A stretch of DNA of 64,000 nt from Thiohalomonadaceae bacterium (lineage in GTDB: Bacteria > Pseudomonadota > Gammaproteobacteria > Thiohalomonadales > Thiohalomonadaceae): assembly GCA_050298555.1 (NCBI GenBank), contig JBNKUL010000057.1, positions 4,229 to 68,228 of the forward strand, given 5' to 3'. Within the stretch, counting starts at the first letter, position 1. Every line of letters starts with the position of its first letter. Made by a program: the position numbers and the translations under genes. Of the stretch, positions 29,623 to 42,388 are shown one piece after another. The notes beneath the pieces are model-generated. The model did not search any database. It saw only the letters and a program-made list of their open reading frames with translations, and was not told where the DNA came from.

Positions 29623-30060
29623 ATGGACAAGCCCAGCCCCCTCACCGAGCTACTGCGCCAGGCAGGAACCCCCACCGGCGGATTGCTGCAACGGGGCCAC
29701 TTCCTACAGCGCCTCAACAAGCTGCTGCAGTCGCTGCTGGACGATAACCTCAAGCTACATTGCCAGGTCGGCAATATCCGTGATGGTGTCCTCATCCTCT
29801 ATAGCGACTCCACCGCCTGGGCATCGCGCCTGCGCTACCAGTGCCCTGCACTGCTCAAGCAGCTGCAACAGCGCCGCGGGCTGGCAGAGCTGCGGCAGAT
29901 AGAGGTAAAGGTGCAGCCCAAACAGCACAAGGAAACCCAGCACAAGCCTGCGACGCTGAGCGAGCAGGCCTCCTCCTGCCTGAGCGTCTGTGCCGACACG
30001 GTGGCCGACGAAAAGCTGAGCCGGGCACTGCTACGGCTGGCCTCGCACCACAAAGGCTAA
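29623..30060 (+). CDS. dciA: DUF721 / DciA-like protein (putative replicative helicase operator)
   Basis: DUF721 pattern ...CQVGNIRDGVLILYSDSTAWASRLRYQCPALLKQL...IEVKVQP. It sits between the M23 peptidase gene and lpxC, as in pseudomonads. Confidence 0.6.
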   Translation: MDKPSPLTELLRQAGTPTGGLLQRGHFLQRLNKLLQSLLDDNLKLHCQVGNIRDGVLILYSDSTAWASRLRYQCPALLKQLQQRRGLAELRQIEVKVQPKQHKETQHKPATLSEQASSCLSVCADTVADEKLSRALLRLASHHKG

Positions 30061-30130
30061 CGCATCCCCAGATACGAAAACGCCGCACTACATAGAGCGC
30101 GGCGTCATCGCAGGAATATCCCGTTCGCCA

Positions 30131-31045
30131 TCAGCTGGTGGCGCCCACCGGCTGTACGTAGGAGATGGGGGCCACCTGTTCGTCCTCAAAGGTCACCAGC
30201 TCCCACGACTCCTGCTCGGCGAGCAGGGTACGCAGCAGCTGATTATTGAGGGCATGGCCCGACTTGTAGCCGCTGAAGGCACCGATCAGGCTGTGGCCCA
30301 GCAGGTAGAGGTCGCCAATGGCATCGAGCACCTTGTGCTTAACGAATTCGTCCTCGTAACGCAGGCCGTCTTCATTGAGCACCCGGTAGTCATCGACCAC
30401 GATGGCATTGTCCAGGCTGCCGCCCAGGGCCAGGTTGCGGGCACGCAACATCTCCAGCTGGCTCATGAAACCGAAGGTACGGGCACGGCTCACCTCCTTG
30501 ACGAAGGAGGTGGTGGAGAAGTCGATCTCGCACTCCTGCTTGCGGCCATGGAAGGCGGGGTGGTCAAAGTCGATACCGAGCTTGACCTTGAAACCGTCAA
30601 AGGGCTCGAACTGCACCCACTTGTCACCGTCCTCGACGCGTACCGGGCGCTTAATACGGATAAAGCGTTTGGGGGCATTCTGCTCTTCGATCCCGGCAGA
30701 CTGCACCAGGAAGACGAAGGGGCCGGCGCTGCCGTCCATGATCGGTACCTCGGCGGCACTCAGGTCGACATAGGCGTTGTCGATTCCCAGCCCCGCCAGG
30801 GCCGAAAGCAGGTGTTCCACGGTAGAGATGCGCACGTCGCCAAGGGAGAGCGTGGAGGAGAGTGTGGTATCGCCAACATTCTCCGCTTTGGCAGGCACCT
30901 CTACGGGTGGGTCGAGGTCAACGCGGCGGAAAATAATCCCGGCGTCGACAGGCGCGGGTCGCAAGGTGAGGTAAACCTTGTCCCCGGTATGCAATCCAAC
31001 GCCGGTGGCGCGGATGACATTTTTCAGTGTTCTCTGCCGAATCAT
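30131..31045 (-). CDS. lpxC: UDP-3-O-acyl-N-acetylglucosamine deacetylase
   Basis: The N-terminus [21 protein letters not shown] matches the E. coli LpxC N-terminus. [10 protein letters not shown] is present. Confidence 0.96.
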   Translation of the reverse strand: MIRQRTLKNVIRATGVGLHTGDKVYLTLRPAPVDAGIIFRRVDLDPPVEVPAKAENVGDTTLSSTLSLGDVRISTVEHLLSALAGLGIDNAYVDLSAAEVPIMDGSAGPFVFLVQSAGIEEQNAPKRFIRIKRPVRVEDGDKWVQFEPFDGFKVKLGIDFDHPAFHGRKQECEIDFSTTSFVKEVSRARTFGFMSQLEMLRARNLALGGSLDNAIVVDDYRVLNEDGLRYEDEFVKHKVLDAIGDLYLLGHSLIGAFSGYKSGHALNNQLLRTLLAEQESWELVTFEDEQVAPISYVQPVGATS

Positions 31046-31194
31046 CTTCCTAACCCTTTGTTTTCCCAAGGCGAACTGCCGTAATTGGGCGGCATATTAA
31101 CACACGCCCGATACAGCTGCCTAGAGACCGGTTTCACACAACTGCAACAATAACCCGCCCCATTATGGGGCATTGCCGCACCCGTTTGCGTTTC

Positions 31195-32346
31195 CTAATC
31201 TGCCTGGCGACGCAGGAAGGCCGGAATATCGAGGTATTCCATGTTGACCTCACCGCCGACGGCCTCGTCGCTCTTCGGCTTATTGCGCAGCACGGTGGGG
31301 CGGTCGTAGTCGATATCCACTTCCACACTTGCCGGTTTTTCGTTGTTGACCACCACCTGAACAGGCTGGTCGGCAATCACCTCTTCACCACGGCCCAGGC
31401 CAGTGGCGACCACGGTGACGCGCAGCTCGTCGCTCAGCTCCGGGTCGATAACGGTGCCGACCACCACGGTGGCGTTCTCGGAGGCGAACTCCTTAATGGT
31501 GTTACCCACCTCCTCGAACTCACCGATGGACATATCGAGACCGGCGGTAACATTGACCAGGATGCCGCGGGCACCGGAGAGGTCGATGTTATCCAACAGC
31601 GGGCTGGATACGGCACGCTCGGCGGCCTCACGGGCACGGTCCTCACCCTTGGCAGAGCCGCTGCCCATCATCGCCATGCCCATCTCCGACATCACAGTGC
31701 GTACGTCGGCGAAGTCGACGTTAATCAGACCGGGACGGGTGATGAGGTCGGCAATGCCCTGTACCGCACCGAGCAGCACATCGTTGGCCGCCTTAAAGGC
31801 GTCCAGCAGGGTCATCTGCTTACCCAGCACACTGAGCAGCTTCTCGTTGGGGATGGTGATGAGGGAGTCTACGTGTTTCTTCAGCTCCTCCATCCCCTGC
31901 TCGGCGATGTCCATGCGCTTCTTGCCCTCGAAGGGGAAGGGCTTGGTGACGACCGCCACGGTAAGGATACCCAGCTCCTTCGCCACCTGGGCGACGATGG
32001 GGGCACCACCGGTGCCGGTGCCGCCGCCCATGCCCGCGGTGATGAAGACCATGTCGGCACCGCCCAGCACCTCTTCGATGCGGTCACGATCCTCCATCGC
32101 CGCCTGGCGGCCGATCTCCGGATTGGCGCCCGCACCCAGACCCTTGGTGATATGGGTACCGATCTGAATCACGGTACGGCTGGAGGCTCGCTCCAGCGCC
32201 TGGGCATCGGTATTGGCACAGACGAAGTCCACACCCTCGATGGTCTCCTCGCACACCATGTGCTCCACGGCGTTGCCGCCACCTCCGCCGACGCCGACGA
32301 CCTTAATCACCGCGCTTTGGCTATTGTTATCCATCAGTTCAAACAT
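31195..32346 (-). CDS. ftsZ: Cell division GTPase FtsZ
   Basis: [10 protein letters not shown] tubulin signature and the C-terminal [11 protein letters not shown]. Confidence 0.98.
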   Translation of the reverse strand: MFELMDNNSQSAVIKVVGVGGGGGNAVEHMVCEETIEGVDFVCANTDAQALERASSRTVIQIGTHITKGLGAGANPEIGRQAAMEDRDRIEEVLGGADMVFITAGMGGGTGTGGAPIVAQVAKELGILTVAVVTKPFPFEGKKRMDIAEQGMEELKKHVDSLITIPNEKLLSVLGKQMTLLDAFKAANDVLLGAVQGIADLITRPGLINVDFADVRTVMSEMGMAMMGSGSAKGEDRAREAAERAVSSPLLDNIDLSGARGILVNVTAGLDMSIGEFEEVGNTIKEFASENATVVVGTVIDPELSDELRVTVVATGLGRGEEVIADQPVQVVVNNEKPASVEVDIDYDRPTVLRNKPKSDEAVGGEVNMEYLDIPAFLRRQAD

Positions 32347-32396
32347 TCCACACCTCCTCGTTAACTTGGGGCGAACCCCACAGCGATACCAATTTT

Positions 32397-33632
32397 TTAG
32401 AAATTACCTTGAAACCAACTTTTCATTCGTTGCAACACGCTCTTGAAACCGCCTTTCTCGCTATTCTCGACAAAGCCGCTATCTCGGTTGTGCTGCCCAA
32501 ACAGCAACAATCCCACGCCGGTGGCGTAGATGGGATTGCGTACCACATCGACCAGACCGGAGACCCCCTCGGGCATCCCCAGCCTGACCGGCATGTGGAA
32601 AATCTCTTCTGCCAGGTCGACCACCCCTTCCATCTTTGAGGTGCCGCCGGTCAGTACGATGCCGGCGGCACAGATATCCTCAAAGCCGCTACGGCGCAGC
32701 TCCGCCTGTACCAGGGTAAAGAGCTCCTCGTAACGCGGCTCCACCACCTCGGCCAGGGTCTGGCGCGCCAGGCGGCGCGGCGGCCGGTCGCCCACGCTCG
32801 GTACCTCGATACTCTCGTCGGCATTGGCCAACTGGGTAAGGGCACAGGCGTACTTAATCTTGATGTCCTCGGCGTGCTGGGTCGGGGTGCGCATCGCCAC
32901 CGCGATGTCATTGGTCACCTGATCGCCGGCGATGGGGATAACCGCGGTATGGCGAATCGCCCCCTCGCTGAATACGGCGATGTCTGTAGTACCGCCGCCG
33001 ATGTCGACCAGACAGACACCCAACTCCTTCTCATCCTCGGAAAGCACCGCGAAGGAAGAGGCGAGCTGCTCCAGAATCACGTCATCCACCTCCAGGCCGC
33101 AGCGGCGCACGCACTTAATAATGTTCTGCGCTGCGCTCACCGCACCGGTCACCAGGTGCACCTTCGACTCCAGGCGAACCCCGGACATGCCTACCGGCTC
33201 GCGTATTCCCTCCTGGTTGTCGATGATGAACTCCTGCGGCAGCACGTGGAGGATGCGCTGGTCGGCGGGGATGGCGACGGCACGCGCCGCATCGATCACC
33301 CGCTCCACATCACCGTGGGTCACCTCCTTGTCGCGAATCGCCACGATGCCGTGGGAGTTGAGGCTCTTGATATGGCTGCCCGCGATACCGGCATAGACCG
33401 AGTGGATCTGGCAACCGGCCATCAGCTCCGCCTCCTCCACCGCGCGCTGAATCGACTGCACCGTCGACTCGATATTCACCACCACGCCCTTCTTCAGGCC
33501 GCGCGAGGGGTGGGAGCCGATACCGATAATCTCGATATCGTTCTCCGCGTTTATCTCACCGACGATCGCCACCACTTTGGAGGTGCCGATATCCAGCGCA
33601 ACAATCAGGTTCTTTTCCATCTTCTTTGACAT
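32397..33632 (-). CDS. ftsA: Cell division protein FtsA
   Basis: [18 protein letters not shown]. Actin-like fold. The start at 33632 lies just after the ftsQ stop. Confidence 0.95.
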   Translation of the reverse strand: MSKKMEKNLIVALDIGTSKVVAIVGEINAENDIEIIGIGSHPSRGLKKGVVVNIESTVQSIQRAVEEAELMAGCQIHSVYAGIAGSHIKSLNSHGIVAIRDKEVTHGDVERVIDAARAVAIPADQRILHVLPQEFIIDNQEGIREPVGMSGVRLESKVHLVTGAVSAAQNIIKCVRRCGLEVDDVILEQLASSFAVLSEDEKELGVCLVDIGGGTTDIAVFSEGAIRHTAVIPIAGDQVTNDIAVAMRTPTQHAEDIKIKYACALTQLANADESIEVPSVGDRPPRRLARQTLAEVVEPRYEELFTLVQAELRRSGFEDICAAGIVLTGGTSKMEGVVDLAEEIFHMPVRLGMPEGVSGLVDVVRNPIYATGVGLLLFGQHNRDSGFVENSEKGGFKSVLQRMKSWFQGNF

Positions 33633-33642
33633 AGCTCCAGTC

Positions 33643-34416
33643 CTATACCGATGACGGCTCAAAACCGTCACGCCAACGCACGGCAAGGCCGTTGGTATAA
33701 CGCAGGTCGATACTGTCTATCGCCTCCAGCCGCGGCGCCAATGCCTGCGGATAGACCCTTACGAAACGCACCAGGCGCCTCGCGGTATGCTGCCTTCCCA
33801 GCCCCAGCTGCAGGCCGTTGTCCAGCCTCACAGAGAGGGCGCGCCGCTCATTCAGCGACAGGTGGGTAATCCCCAGCCCGAGCGGCTTGAGCAGCCCCAA
33901 CATCACCCGGTACTGCTCGGCCACCATGCGACTGGTCTGCCGCGGGCCGCGCAGCAGCGGCAGCTGTTTCCACGCCCCGGTTTGCTGCGGGAAGAACAGC
34001 TCACCGTGAACATTCACCAGCGCCTCATTGCCCCAGCGCGCCAGCGGCTGCTGCTCACTGATGTTGATCACCAGCTTGTCGGGCCAGGCGCGGCGCACAC
34101 TGGCCTGATAGACCCAGGGCAGCTGCAGCAGACTGTCGCGTACCGCATCCACATCGACACCGACAAAACCGGCCTCCGCATGGGGCCGCACCCGCTCGCG
34201 AACCGCCTGTTGCGAAACATTTTTCAGCGGACTCTCGATACGTACCGTATGCACCGGTAAGCGCGCCGGGTCGAGTACGCTTTGGGTACCCCAGGCCACT
34301 GCGCCTATCGCCAGCACCACACCCAGCAACTTCAGCGCAACCGTCACGGCGGCACTGGGGCCGGCATCACGCTGCTGATGCAGAGGGGTCGCGCCGCGGG
34401 CCTTCTTCTTAGCCAC
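33643..34416 (-). CDS. ftsQ: Cell division protein FtsQ
   Basis: TM segment plus POTRA region ([18 protein letters not shown]...). Position between ddl and ftsA. Start is uncertain (GTG at 34416 is preferred; the ORF track gives 34461). Confidence 0.85.
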   Translation of the reverse strand: MAKKKARGATPLHQQRDAGPSAAVTVALKLLGVVLAIGAVAWGTQSVLDPARLPVHTVRIESPLKNVSQQAVRERVRPHAEAGFVGVDVDAVRDSLLQLPWVYQASVRRAWPDKLVINISEQQPLARWGNEALVNVHGELFFPQQTGAWKQLPLLRGPRQTSRMVAEQYRVMLGLLKPLGLGITHLSLNERRALSVRLDNGLQLGLGRQHTARRLVRFVRVYPQALAPRLEAIDSIDLRYTNGLAVRWRDGFEPSSV

Positions 34417-35338
34417 CGGCCACCTCCAGGGTGCCAAGCAGGATGCGCCAAACCAGCTCATCGAATTCGATACCGGCCGCCCTCGCCGCCATCGGCACCA
34501 GGCTGTGGTCGGTCATGCCGGGCACCGTATTGGCCTCCAGCAGGTAGGGCTCACCTTCTTCGTCCAGCAGCACATCGATACGTCCCCAACCACGCGCATC
34601 GAGCACGTTAAAGGCCTGCAGCGCCAGTGCCTGCATCCGCGCCACCTGCTCGTCGTTCAAACCACAGGGGCAGAGGTAGCGGGTATCGTCCTGCAGGTAC
34701 TTGGCCGAATAGTCGTAATACTCGTTGGCCGGGACGATCTTTACCGGCGGCAACGGCTGACCGTTCAAAATGGCGACAGTAAACTCGCCACCGCCCATGT
34801 ATCTCTCCGCCAGCACCAGCGAGTCAAACCTGGCGGCCTCTTCATAGGCGGCCTGCAGCTCTCCCGCCTGCTTCACCATGGTGATACCGACACTGGAACC
34901 CTCGTTCGCCGGTTTCACGAACAGCGGCAGGTCAAACATCTTCTCCAGCAGATTAAAGTCACTCTGCTCGGTCAGCAGTACACACTCCGGTACCGGCAGT
35001 CCGGCTGCCTGCCACAACAGCTTGCTGCGCCACTTGTCCATACCGATGCTGGAGGCCTTCACACCGCTGCCGGTATAGGGCAGCCCCATTAGCTCCAGCG
35101 CCCCCTGCAGGGTGCCGTTCTCACCAATGCCGCCGTGCAGGATGTTAAAGACACGGTCAAAGCCACCGTCACGCAGCGCCGCCAGCGGGTCACCACCGAC
35201 ATCGACACCGTGGGCATCGACACCGCGCTGCTGCAACGCCGCCAGCACCGCCGCGCCGCTCTTTAGCGACACCTCGCGCTCGGCAGAGACGCCGCCCATC
35301 AATACCGCCACCTTGCCGAAATCCACCGCCTTAACCAT
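34409..35338 (-). CDS. ddl: D-alanine--D-alanine ligase
   Basis: Motifs [36 protein letters not shown] and [10 protein letters not shown]. Confidence 0.95.
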   Translation of the reverse strand: MVKAVDFGKVAVLMGGVSAEREVSLKSGAAVLAALQQRGVDAHGVDVGGDPLAALRDGGFDRVFNILHGGIGENGTLQGALELMGLPYTGSGVKASSIGMDKWRSKLLWQAAGLPVPECVLLTEQSDFNLLEKMFDLPLFVKPANEGSSVGITMVKQAGELQAAYEEAARFDSLVLAERYMGGGEFTVAILNGQPLPPVKIVPANEYYDYSAKYLQDDTRYLCPCGLNDEQVARMQALALQAFNVLDARGWGRIDVLLDEEGEPYLLEANTVPGMTDHSLVPMAARAAGIEFDELVWRILLGTLEVAGG

Positions 35339-36236
35339 GGGCCACCTCACCGACAATGTGCACCTCGCGCCTAAGCTCGACACCGTGCTGCTGTTTCACC
35401 TCTGCCTCTACCTCGTCGATCAGCGCCTCGATATCCGCGGCGCTTGCGCCACCGAGATTGACGATAAAATTGGCATGCTTCTCCGATACCTGTGCCTTGC
35501 CGACAGTGCGCCCCTTGAGGCCGGCGCTCTCGATAAGACGCGCGGCGAAATCGCCTTGCGGGTTGCGGAACACCGAACCGGCGTTGGCTTGCTGGGTCGG
35601 CTGACTGGCACCGCGTTTCTCCAGCAGCTTCTTGTTCGCCTCCAGCAGCCCCTGGGCATCGCCCTTCGCCAGCTTCAGGGTGGCAGAAACAAACCACTCG
35701 CCCGCCGGACCGCTGACGTGGCGATAGCCCACTTCGAACTCCTCGGCACTACGGCTCTGCAGACGTCCTTCGCGGTCCAGGGTCTCCACCGACTCGACCA
35801 GCTTCCAGGTCTCACCGCCAAAGCAACCGGCATTCATCGCCAGCGCCCCGCCCATGGTGCCGGGGATGCCGCAGAGGAACTCGGCCCCGGCCAGCCCCTC
35901 GCGGGCGCAGAAGCGGGCCACCTTGGCGCAGGCAACACCGCTCTCCACTCGCACCCGCTCGTCATCAATCCGTTCCATTTCGTTCAGCATGCCGCTGGTG
36001 GCGATCACGGTGCCGCGGATGCCGCCGTCGCGCACCAGCAGGTTGCTGCCCAGCCCCAGCCAGAACAGCGGCTCCTCAAGGGGCAGCTGTGACAGGAACA
36101 GCGCCAGGTCGGCCACATCAGCGGGCTGGTAGTAGCGCTCGGCCGGGCCGCCGACACGCCAGGTGGTATGGCGCGCCATCGGCTCATCATGCAACAGGGT
36201 GCCGCGCAACGGCTGTTGTGCCTGCGCCGCCATCAT
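35331..36236 (-). CDS. murB: UDP-N-acetylenolpyruvoylglucosamine reductase
   Basis: Motifs [21 protein letters not shown] and GSVFRNP. Confidence 0.95.
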   Translation of the reverse strand: MMAAQAQQPLRGTLLHDEPMARHTTWRVGGPAERYYQPADVADLALFLSQLPLEEPLFWLGLGSNLLVRDGGIRGTVIATSGMLNEMERIDDERVRVESGVACAKVARFCAREGLAGAEFLCGIPGTMGGALAMNAGCFGGETWKLVESVETLDREGRLQSRSAEEFEVGYRHVSGPAGEWFVSATLKLAKGDAQGLLEANKKLLEKRGASQPTQQANAGSVFRNPQGDFAARLIESAGLKGRTVGKAQVSEKHANFIVNLGGASAADIEALIDEVEAEVKQQHGVELRREVHIVGEVAHG

Positions 36237-37651
36237 CCCTGTGCCTCCAGTTGTTGTGGCAGTGCCTGTGCCGCCGCGCCGATATCGCCGGCCCCCATGG
36301 TGATCACCACATCCCCACCCTGCAGCACGGCGCTAAGGGTCTCGGGCAGGTCGGCAATCTCGCCGACGAAGACCGGGTCGACCTTGCCGCGGGCACGGAT
36401 GGCTCGGCAGAGGTCACGGCTTCCGGCGCCGGCGACCTGCTCCTCGCCGGCGGCATAGACCTCCAGCACCAGCAGGGCGTCGACCTCGCTCAATACCTCG
36501 GTGAAGTCTTCAAACAGGTCGCGGGTACGGCTGTAACGGTGCGGCTGGAAGGCCACCACCAGGCGGCGCTCCGGCCAGGCGGCACGGGCCGCCTGGATGG
36601 TGGCCGCCACCTCGCGCGGATGGTGACCGTAGTCGTCCACCAGCTGCACCTTGCCATTGGCGGTCTCCACCTCGGCGGTAAGGGTGAAGCGACGCCCCAC
36701 CCCGGTGAACTGCTCCAGACCGCGGCAGATCGCCTCGTCGCTGACGCCGACCTCATGGGCCACGGCGATGGAGGCCAGCGCATTCAAAACGTTGTGACGC
36801 CCCGGCATATGCAGGGTCACCTGCAGCCACTCGGGCTCGTCGGGGCGGCTGACGGTAAAGTGGGTATAGAGGCCATCCTGGCGCAGGTTGGTGGCGCGGA
36901 TATCGGCCTCCTCACTGTCGATGCCGTAGGTGACCACCTGACGGCTCACCTCGGGCAGGATGCCGCGCACCTCCGCATCGTCCAGGCACATCACCGCAAT
37001 GCCGTAAAAGGGCAGGTGGTGCAGGAAGTCGATAAAGGTCTGGCGCAGCTTGTTGAAGTCACCGCCGTAGGTGGCCATGTGGTCGGCGTCGATATTGGTC
37101 ACCACCGCGGTCATCGGCTGCAGGTAGAGGAAGGAGGCATCGCTCTCGTCCGCCTCGGCCACCAGGAAGTGGCCACTGCCGAGGCGCGCATTGGTGCCGG
37201 CGCTGTTGAGGCGGCCGCCGATGACGAAGGTGGGGTCCAGCTCTCCCTCGGCCATCAGGCTGGCGATAAGGCTGGTGGTGGTGGTCTTGCCGTGGGTGCC
37301 GGCCACCGCGATACCGTGGCGGAAGCGCATAATCTCGGCCAGCATCTCGGCACGCGGCACCACCGGGATGCGCTGGGCACGCGCCGCCCTTACCTCCGGG
37401 TTCGCCTCGTTCACCGCCGAGGAGGTGACCACCACGTCGCAATCACTCACATTGGACTCGTCGTGGCCGATGTGGACGGTGGCACCCATGTCACTGAGGC
37501 GCTGGGTCACTGCGTTGCAACGCAGGTCGGAACCGCTCACCTGGTAACCGAGATTCAGCAGCACCTCGGCGATGCCGCCCATACCGGAGCCGCCGATACC
37601 GATCATATGAATATGGCGGATACGCCCCATCGCACGGTGCTGCGCCTTCAT
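36233..37651 (-). CDS. murC: UDP-N-acetylmuramate--L-alanine ligase
   Basis: Motifs [18 protein letters not shown] and [13 protein letters not shown]. Confidence 0.96.
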   Translation of the reverse strand: MKAQHRAMGRIRHIHMIGIGGSGMGGIAEVLLNLGYQVSGSDLRCNAVTQRLSDMGATVHIGHDESNVSDCDVVVTSSAVNEANPEVRAARAQRIPVVPRAEMLAEIMRFRHGIAVAGTHGKTTTTSLIASLMAEGELDPTFVIGGRLNSAGTNARLGSGHFLVAEADESDASFLYLQPMTAVVTNIDADHMATYGGDFNKLRQTFIDFLHHLPFYGIAVMCLDDAEVRGILPEVSRQVVTYGIDSEEADIRATNLRQDGLYTHFTVSRPDEPEWLQVTLHMPGRHNVLNALASIAVAHEVGVSDEAICRGLEQFTGVGRRFTLTAEVETANGKVQLVDDYGHHPREVAATIQAARAAWPERRLVVAFQPHRYSRTRDLFEDFTEVLSEVDALLVLEVYAAGEEQVAGAGSRDLCRAIRARGKVDPVFVGEIADLPETLSAVLQGGDVVITMGAGDIGAAAQALPQQLEAQG

Positions 37652-38757
37652 GCCTTTACCTCTCTCTTAATACCGGCCGCGGCCAGGCATGTTGCGGCCA
37701 CCTCGGCGGTCGCTTCGGGTTTTGCCAGACGGCGGGCGCTCTGCGCCATCGCCACCAATTTTTTTCTGCCTGCCTCAACGTCGCCGCAGTAACCACCGAG
37801 CAGTGCGGCCAGCGACTCGGCACTCATGTCGCGCTGCTGCACCATCTCGGCCGCCCCCTGCTCCACCAGGTAGCCGCCATTGGCGCTCTGGTGGTCATCC
37901 ACCGCGAAGGGATAGGGCACCAGCACGCTAGCGACCCCGGCCAGGGCAAGCTCGCTGACGGTCAGCGCACCGGCGCGGCAGATCACCAGGTCGGCCCACG
38001 CGTACTGCGCCGCCATGTCATCGATAAAGGGCATCACCTCGCCCTGCACCCCCGCCTCCTGGTAGGCGTCGCGGGTCAGCTCAAAGTGGCGTTTGCCGCA
38101 CTGGTGGTGTACCTCGGGGCATAGCGCCTCGGGCAGTCGCGCCAGCGCCTGCGGGATGGTCTCGTTCAGCGCCAGGGCGCCGAGGCTGCCGCCGACCACC
38201 AGCAGGCGCAGGCGCCCCGAGCGTCCGGCGAAACGCTGCTCGGGGGCGGCCAGGGCGGCAATATCTTTTCTTACCGGGTTACCGGTGTGGCTCACCTTGT
38301 CGCCTTCAAAGGTAGCGGGGAAGGCCTCCATCACCCGTCCGGCAATGCGCGACAGCAATTTATTGGTCAGCCCGGCGATGGCGTTCTGCTCGTGGATCAG
38401 CAGCGGCACACCGCTCAGCTTCGCCGCCACGCCGCCGGGACCGGTGACAAAACCGCCCATCCCCAGCACCGCCTGCGGACGACGGCGACGCATTACGCCT
38501 AGCGCCTGAATGATGGCGCGGCTGATGCGTAACGGCGCGGCAAGCCAACCGAGCAGGCCGTTGCCGCGCAGCCCAGCGATGGAGATGTAGTCGATTTCGA
38601 AACCGTTGGCGGGCACCAGCTCCGACTCCATGCCGCGGCGGGTACCGAGCCAGCTGACGCTGTGGCCGTGCTCGGCCAGGTAGTGGGCCACCGCCAGCGC
38701 CGGGAAGACGTGACCCCCGGTACCGCCTGCCATGATCAGGATACGCGCGCCGCTCAT
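37648..38757 (-). CDS. murG: Undecaprenyldiphospho-muramoylpentapeptide beta-N-acetylglucosaminyltransferase
   Basis: [19 protein letters not shown]. The ATG at 38757 overlaps the ftsW stop (ATGA). The longer ORF-track N-terminus is probably not translated. Confidence 0.95.
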   Translation of the reverse strand: MSGARILIMAGGTGGHVFPALAVAHYLAEHGHSVSWLGTRRGMESELVPANGFEIDYISIAGLRGNGLLGWLAAPLRISRAIIQALGVMRRRRPQAVLGMGGFVTGPGGVAAKLSGVPLLIHEQNAIAGLTNKLLSRIAGRVMEAFPATFEGDKVSHTGNPVRKDIAALAAPEQRFAGRSGRLRLLVVGGSLGALALNETIPQALARLPEALCPEVHHQCGKRHFELTRDAYQEAGVQGEVMPFIDDMAAQYAWADLVICRAGALTVSELALAGVASVLVPYPFAVDDHQSANGGYLVEQGAAEMVQQRDMSAESLAALLGGYCGDVEAGRKKLVAMAQSARRLAKPEATAEVAATCLAAAGIKREVKA

Positions 38758-39944
38758 GCCGCCCTCCTCTGGGTGACGCCGCGCTTCGGCGTCTCCAGCG
38801 AGACGCGCAGCACCAGTGCGATGGCGGTACACATCACCAGGATGCTGCTGCCGCCGTAGCTCATCAGCGGCAGGGTCAGCCCCTTGGTGGGAAGCAGCCC
38901 CATATTCACGCCCATGTTGATAAAGGCCTGCATCGCAAACCACAGCGCCGTGCCGTAGCAGAGGTGGGCGCCGAAGTGCAGTCCCGCCTCCGCGGCATTG
39001 CGGCCGATGCGGAAGATGCGTGCAATCAGGAGTACGAACAGCAGCACCACGACGCTGGCGCCCAGGGTGCCCAGCTCCTCGGCCAGTACCGCGTAGACAA
39101 AATCGGTATGCGCCTCAGGCAGGTAGAAGAGTTTCTGCACACTGCTGCCGAGGCCGACGCCGAACCACTCGCCGCGGCCGAAGGCGATCAACGCCTGGGT
39201 CAGCTGGAAGCCGCTGTTGAAGGGGTCAGCCCAGGGGTTGAGGAAGGCGGTGAGGCGTTCCATGCGATAGGGCGAGGAGATCGCCAGCAGGGCGAAGGCG
39301 CTCAATGCCATCCCCACCAGCACGCCGAACAGCCACAGCCTGACGCCGCCGAGGAACATCATCCCCAGGGCGGTGGCCATCAGCACCACGGTGGCGCCGA
39401 AGTCGGGCTCGGTCAGCAGCAACACACCGAACAGCAGCACCAGCGCCATCGGCTTGAGGAAACCGCCCACGGTGGTACGTACCTCCTCGCCTCGGCGCAC
39501 CAGGTAACCGGCCAGGTAGATGATCATGGAGAACTTCACCAGCTCCGAGACCTGCAGGTTGAAGGGACCGAGCCTGAGCCAGCGGGTGGAGCCGTTAACG
39601 GTCTGGCCCACGCCGGGGATAAACAACGCTACCAGCAGCACCAGCGAGGCGATGATCAGCATCGGCCCGAACTGCTCCCAGATAGAGAGCGGCAGGCGCC
39701 AGGCGATCCAGGCGCAGGTGGTACCGATGCCGACGTAGAGCAGCTGGCGGATGAGGTAGTAGCCGGGCTCGCCCACCTGGCGCTCGGCGATGCCGACCGA
39801 GGCGGAGGCGATCATCACCAGCCCCAGCCCCAGCAGGGCCACGGTGGTGGTCAGCAGGATCCAGTCGACCGACTGCGGCACCGAGTCGCGGCGCACCGCC
39901 TCCGGCAGCACCGGGCGCAGCATCATCTGTACCCAGGCACTCAT
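38754..39944 (-). CDS. ftsW: Peptidoglycan glycosyltransferase FtsW (SEDS family)
   Basis: Ten-TM SEDS protein with QLSELVKF-like and PEAHTDFV motifs. dcw position. Confidence 0.95.
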   Translation of the reverse strand: MSAWVQMMLRPVLPEAVRRDSVPQSVDWILLTTTVALLGLGLVMIASASVGIAERQVGEPGYYLIRQLLYVGIGTTCAWIAWRLPLSIWEQFGPMLIIASLVLLVALFIPGVGQTVNGSTRWLRLGPFNLQVSELVKFSMIIYLAGYLVRRGEEVRTTVGGFLKPMALVLLFGVLLLTEPDFGATVVLMATALGMMFLGGVRLWLFGVLVGMALSAFALLAISSPYRMERLTAFLNPWADPFNSGFQLTQALIAFGRGEWFGVGLGSSVQKLFYLPEAHTDFVYAVLAEELGTLGASVVVLLFVLLIARIFRIGRNAAEAGLHFGAHLCYGTALWFAMQAFINMGVNMGLLPTKGLTLPLMSYGGSSILVMCTAIALVLRVSLETPKRGVTQRRAA

Positions 39945-41299
39945 GCCTCACCTCCCTGCACCGCGGCGACGAAGGCCTCGCCCCGCTCGATGTAGTTGCG
40001 GAACATGTCGAAGCTGGCACAGGCCGGTGACAGCAGTACGCTGTCACCCGGCTTTGCCAGACGGCGCGCCTTGGTCACCGCATCACTCATGTCGCTGGCC
40101 ATCACCAGCGGCGCGGCACGCAGCAGGGACTGCTCAATCAGTTTTGCATCCTCGCCGATCAGCACCACGGCTCGGGCACGCTGCTCGACCACCGGACGCA
40201 GCGGTGCGAACTCCTGTCCCTTGGCCTGGCCGCCGACGATCAACACCACCTTCGCCCCCGGCAATCCCTCCAGTGCCGCCAGGGTGGCGCCCACATTGGT
40301 GCCCTTGGAGTCCTCGTAGTAGTTGACCCCCTCCTGCTCGGCCACCCACTGGCAGCGGTGCGGCAGGCCGGGGAAGTCACGCAGCACCTGCAGCATGGCA
40401 TTCATCTCGAGACCGACCGCCTCGCCCAGCGCCAGGGCGGCCAGGGCGTTGGACCAGTTGTGGCGGCCCGGCATCTTCATCTCGGCGGTATTGAGCAGCG
40501 CCTCCCCATCTTTGGCGAGGAAGGTCTCATCACCGCGCTGCAGCAGGCCATAACCGTTCGCGCTATCGAGGCCGAAGGTGACCACATTACGCCCACTCGG
40601 CTGCATCGCCATCACCAGGGCATCGTCACGGTTGAGCAGCACGACACCGTCGCCGTGATAGATGGTCTGCTTGATCGCCGCGTAGTGCGCGAGCGAGCCG
40701 TGGCGGTCGAGGTGATCCTCGCTGATGTTGAGCACCACCGCGGCAGCGGCGTTGAGTGAGGTGGTCACCTCGAGCTGGAAGCTGGAGAGCTCCAGCACAT
40801 AGAGGTCGGGGGCCTCGCCTTCGAGCAGCGCCAACGCCGGGGTGCCGAGGTTGCCGCCGACGCGCACCTCCTTGCCGGCCGCCTTCGCCATCTCACCCAC
40901 CAGGGTGGTGACGGTGCTCTTGCCGTTGGAACCGGTGATCGCCACCACCGGGGCTTTGGCGTGGCGGGCAAAGAGTTCGATATCTCCCAGCACCTCGACA
41001 CCGGCCTCGATGGCGGCGGCAATGGCCGGCTGCTGCGGCGCCACACCGGGGCTGAGCAGCAGGCGCTTGGCGCTCTGCAGCAGCACCTCGTCGAACTCGC
41101 CGCAGTGGCACTCAACCTCGGGCAGCTCCTGTTTCAGCTCGTCGATGCCGGGGGGAATATCGCGGCTGTCGGCCACGGCAAAGCGCTCGCCCTGTGCGGC
41201 GAGGAATCGCGCGCAGGACAAACCGGTCTGCCCCAGTCCGACGACCAGGGTATCCAGTTTTGCCTGCTCTACGCTTGCCTGTGTCACAGCCAGTCCCAT
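39941..41299 (-). CDS. murD: UDP-N-acetylmuramoylalanine--D-glutamate ligase
   Basis: VVGLGQTGLS and ITGSNGKSTVT. The ATG at 41299 lies after the mraY stop. Confidence 0.95.
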   Translation of the reverse strand: MGLAVTQASVEQAKLDTLVVGLGQTGLSCARFLAAQGERFAVADSRDIPPGIDELKQELPEVECHCGEFDEVLLQSAKRLLLSPGVAPQQPAIAAAIEAGVEVLGDIELFARHAKAPVVAITGSNGKSTVTTLVGEMAKAAGKEVRVGGNLGTPALALLEGEAPDLYVLELSSFQLEVTTSLNAAAAVVLNISEDHLDRHGSLAHYAAIKQTIYHGDGVVLLNRDDALVMAMQPSGRNVVTFGLDSANGYGLLQRGDETFLAKDGEALLNTAEMKMPGRHNWSNALAALALGEAVGLEMNAMLQVLRDFPGLPHRCQWVAEQEGVNYYEDSKGTNVGATLAALEGLPGAKVVLIVGGQAKGQEFAPLRPVVEQRARAVVLIGEDAKLIEQSLLRAAPLVMASDMSDAVTKARRLAKPGDSVLLSPACASFDMFRNYIERGEAFVAAVQGGEA

Positions 41300-41304
41300 A
41301 TTCC

Positions 41305-42387
41305 TTAACGCAGTTTCAGGGTCGAAAGACCGATTAGCACCAGGATCACGGTAATGATCCAGAAACGGACGATGACCCGGGGCTCGGGCCATCCCTTCAA
41401 TTCAAAGTGGTGATGCAACGGCGCCATGCGGAAGATGCGCCGACCGGTCAGCTTGTAGGAGCCGACCTGCAGAATGACCGAGATGGTCTCCATCACGAAG
41501 ACACCGCCCATGATCACCAGCACCAGCTCCTGGCGTGTCACTACCGCGACAATCCCCAGCGCCGCCCCCAGGCCGAGTGCGCCCACGTCGCCCATGAAGA
41601 CCTGAGCCGGGTAGGTGTTGAACCAGAGGAAACCGAGACCGGCGCCGACCAGGGCACCGCAGAAGACCACCACCTCGCCAACGCCGGGGACGAAGGGGAT
41701 GCCGAGATAGGCAGAGAAGTTGGCGTTACCGGTAACGTAGGCGAAGATACCCAGCGCACCGCCGACCATCACCGTCGGCATGATGGCGAGGCCGTCGAGG
41801 CCATCGGTGAGGTTGACCGCATTGCTGGTGCCGACGATGACGAAATAGGTGAGGACGATAAAGAAGGCACCCATCGGGATCGCTATATCCTTAAAGAAGG
41901 GCACGATCAGCTCCAGCTCCGCCGGCACCTGCGCGGTGTAGTAGAGGAAGAGGGCGGCGCCGAGACCGAAGAGGGTCTGCAGCAGGTACTTGTGTTTCGC
42001 CCGCAGCCCCATGGACTGCTTCTTGATCAGCTTTTTGTAGTCGTCGATCCAGCCGATGGCGCCGAAGGCAACGGTCACCGCCACCACCACCCAGATGTAG
42101 CGGTTGGAGAGGTCGGCCCACAGCAGGGTGGAGAGGACGATGGCGGCAAGGATCAGCGCCCCGCCCATGGTGGGGGTGCCCGCCTTGGAGAGGTGCGACT
42201 CGGGGCCGTCGTCACGCACGAACTGGCCCACCTGGTAGTGGCTCAGCTTGCGGATCATCAGCGGCCCCAGCAGCAGGGAGATGAGCAGTGCACTCAGGGC
42301 CCCGAGGATGGCGCGCATAGTGAGGTACTGAAAGACGTGAAAGCCGCTTGCAAATTGGCTCAGGTAATCGGCGAGGTAGAGCAGCAT
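41305..42387 (-). CDS. mraY: Phospho-N-acetylmuramoyl-pentapeptide transferase
   Basis: Motifs [22 protein letters not shown] and HHHFE. Confidence 0.97.
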   Translation of the reverse strand: MLLYLADYLSQFASGFHVFQYLTMRAILGALSALLISLLLGPLMIRKLSHYQVGQFVRDDGPESHLSKAGTPTMGGALILAAIVLSTLLWADLSNRYIWVVVAVTVAFGAIGWIDDYKKLIKKQSMGLRAKHKYLLQTLFGLGAALFLYYTAQVPAELELIVPFFKDIAIPMGAFFIVLTYFVIVGTSNAVNLTDGLDGLAIMPTVMVGGALGIFAYVTGNANFSAYLGIPFVPGVGEVVVFCGALVGAGLGFLWFNTYPAQVFMGDVGALGLGAALGIVAVVTRQELVLVIMGGVFVMETISVILQVGSYKLTGRRIFRMAPLHHHFELKGWPEPRVIVRFWIITVILVLIGLSTLKLR

Positions 42388-42388
42388 G

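Noticed and set aside
30080-30105. 7-bp hairpin (ACGCCGC ... GCGGCGT) between the convergent dciA-like and lpxC genes as a bidirectional terminator
   Set aside because: The stem is short, the loop is 12 nt and the T-tract is weak, so support is insufficient.
36089-37792. 567-aa plus-strand ORF
   Set aside because: Antisense shadow of murC/murB, with no recognisable motifs.
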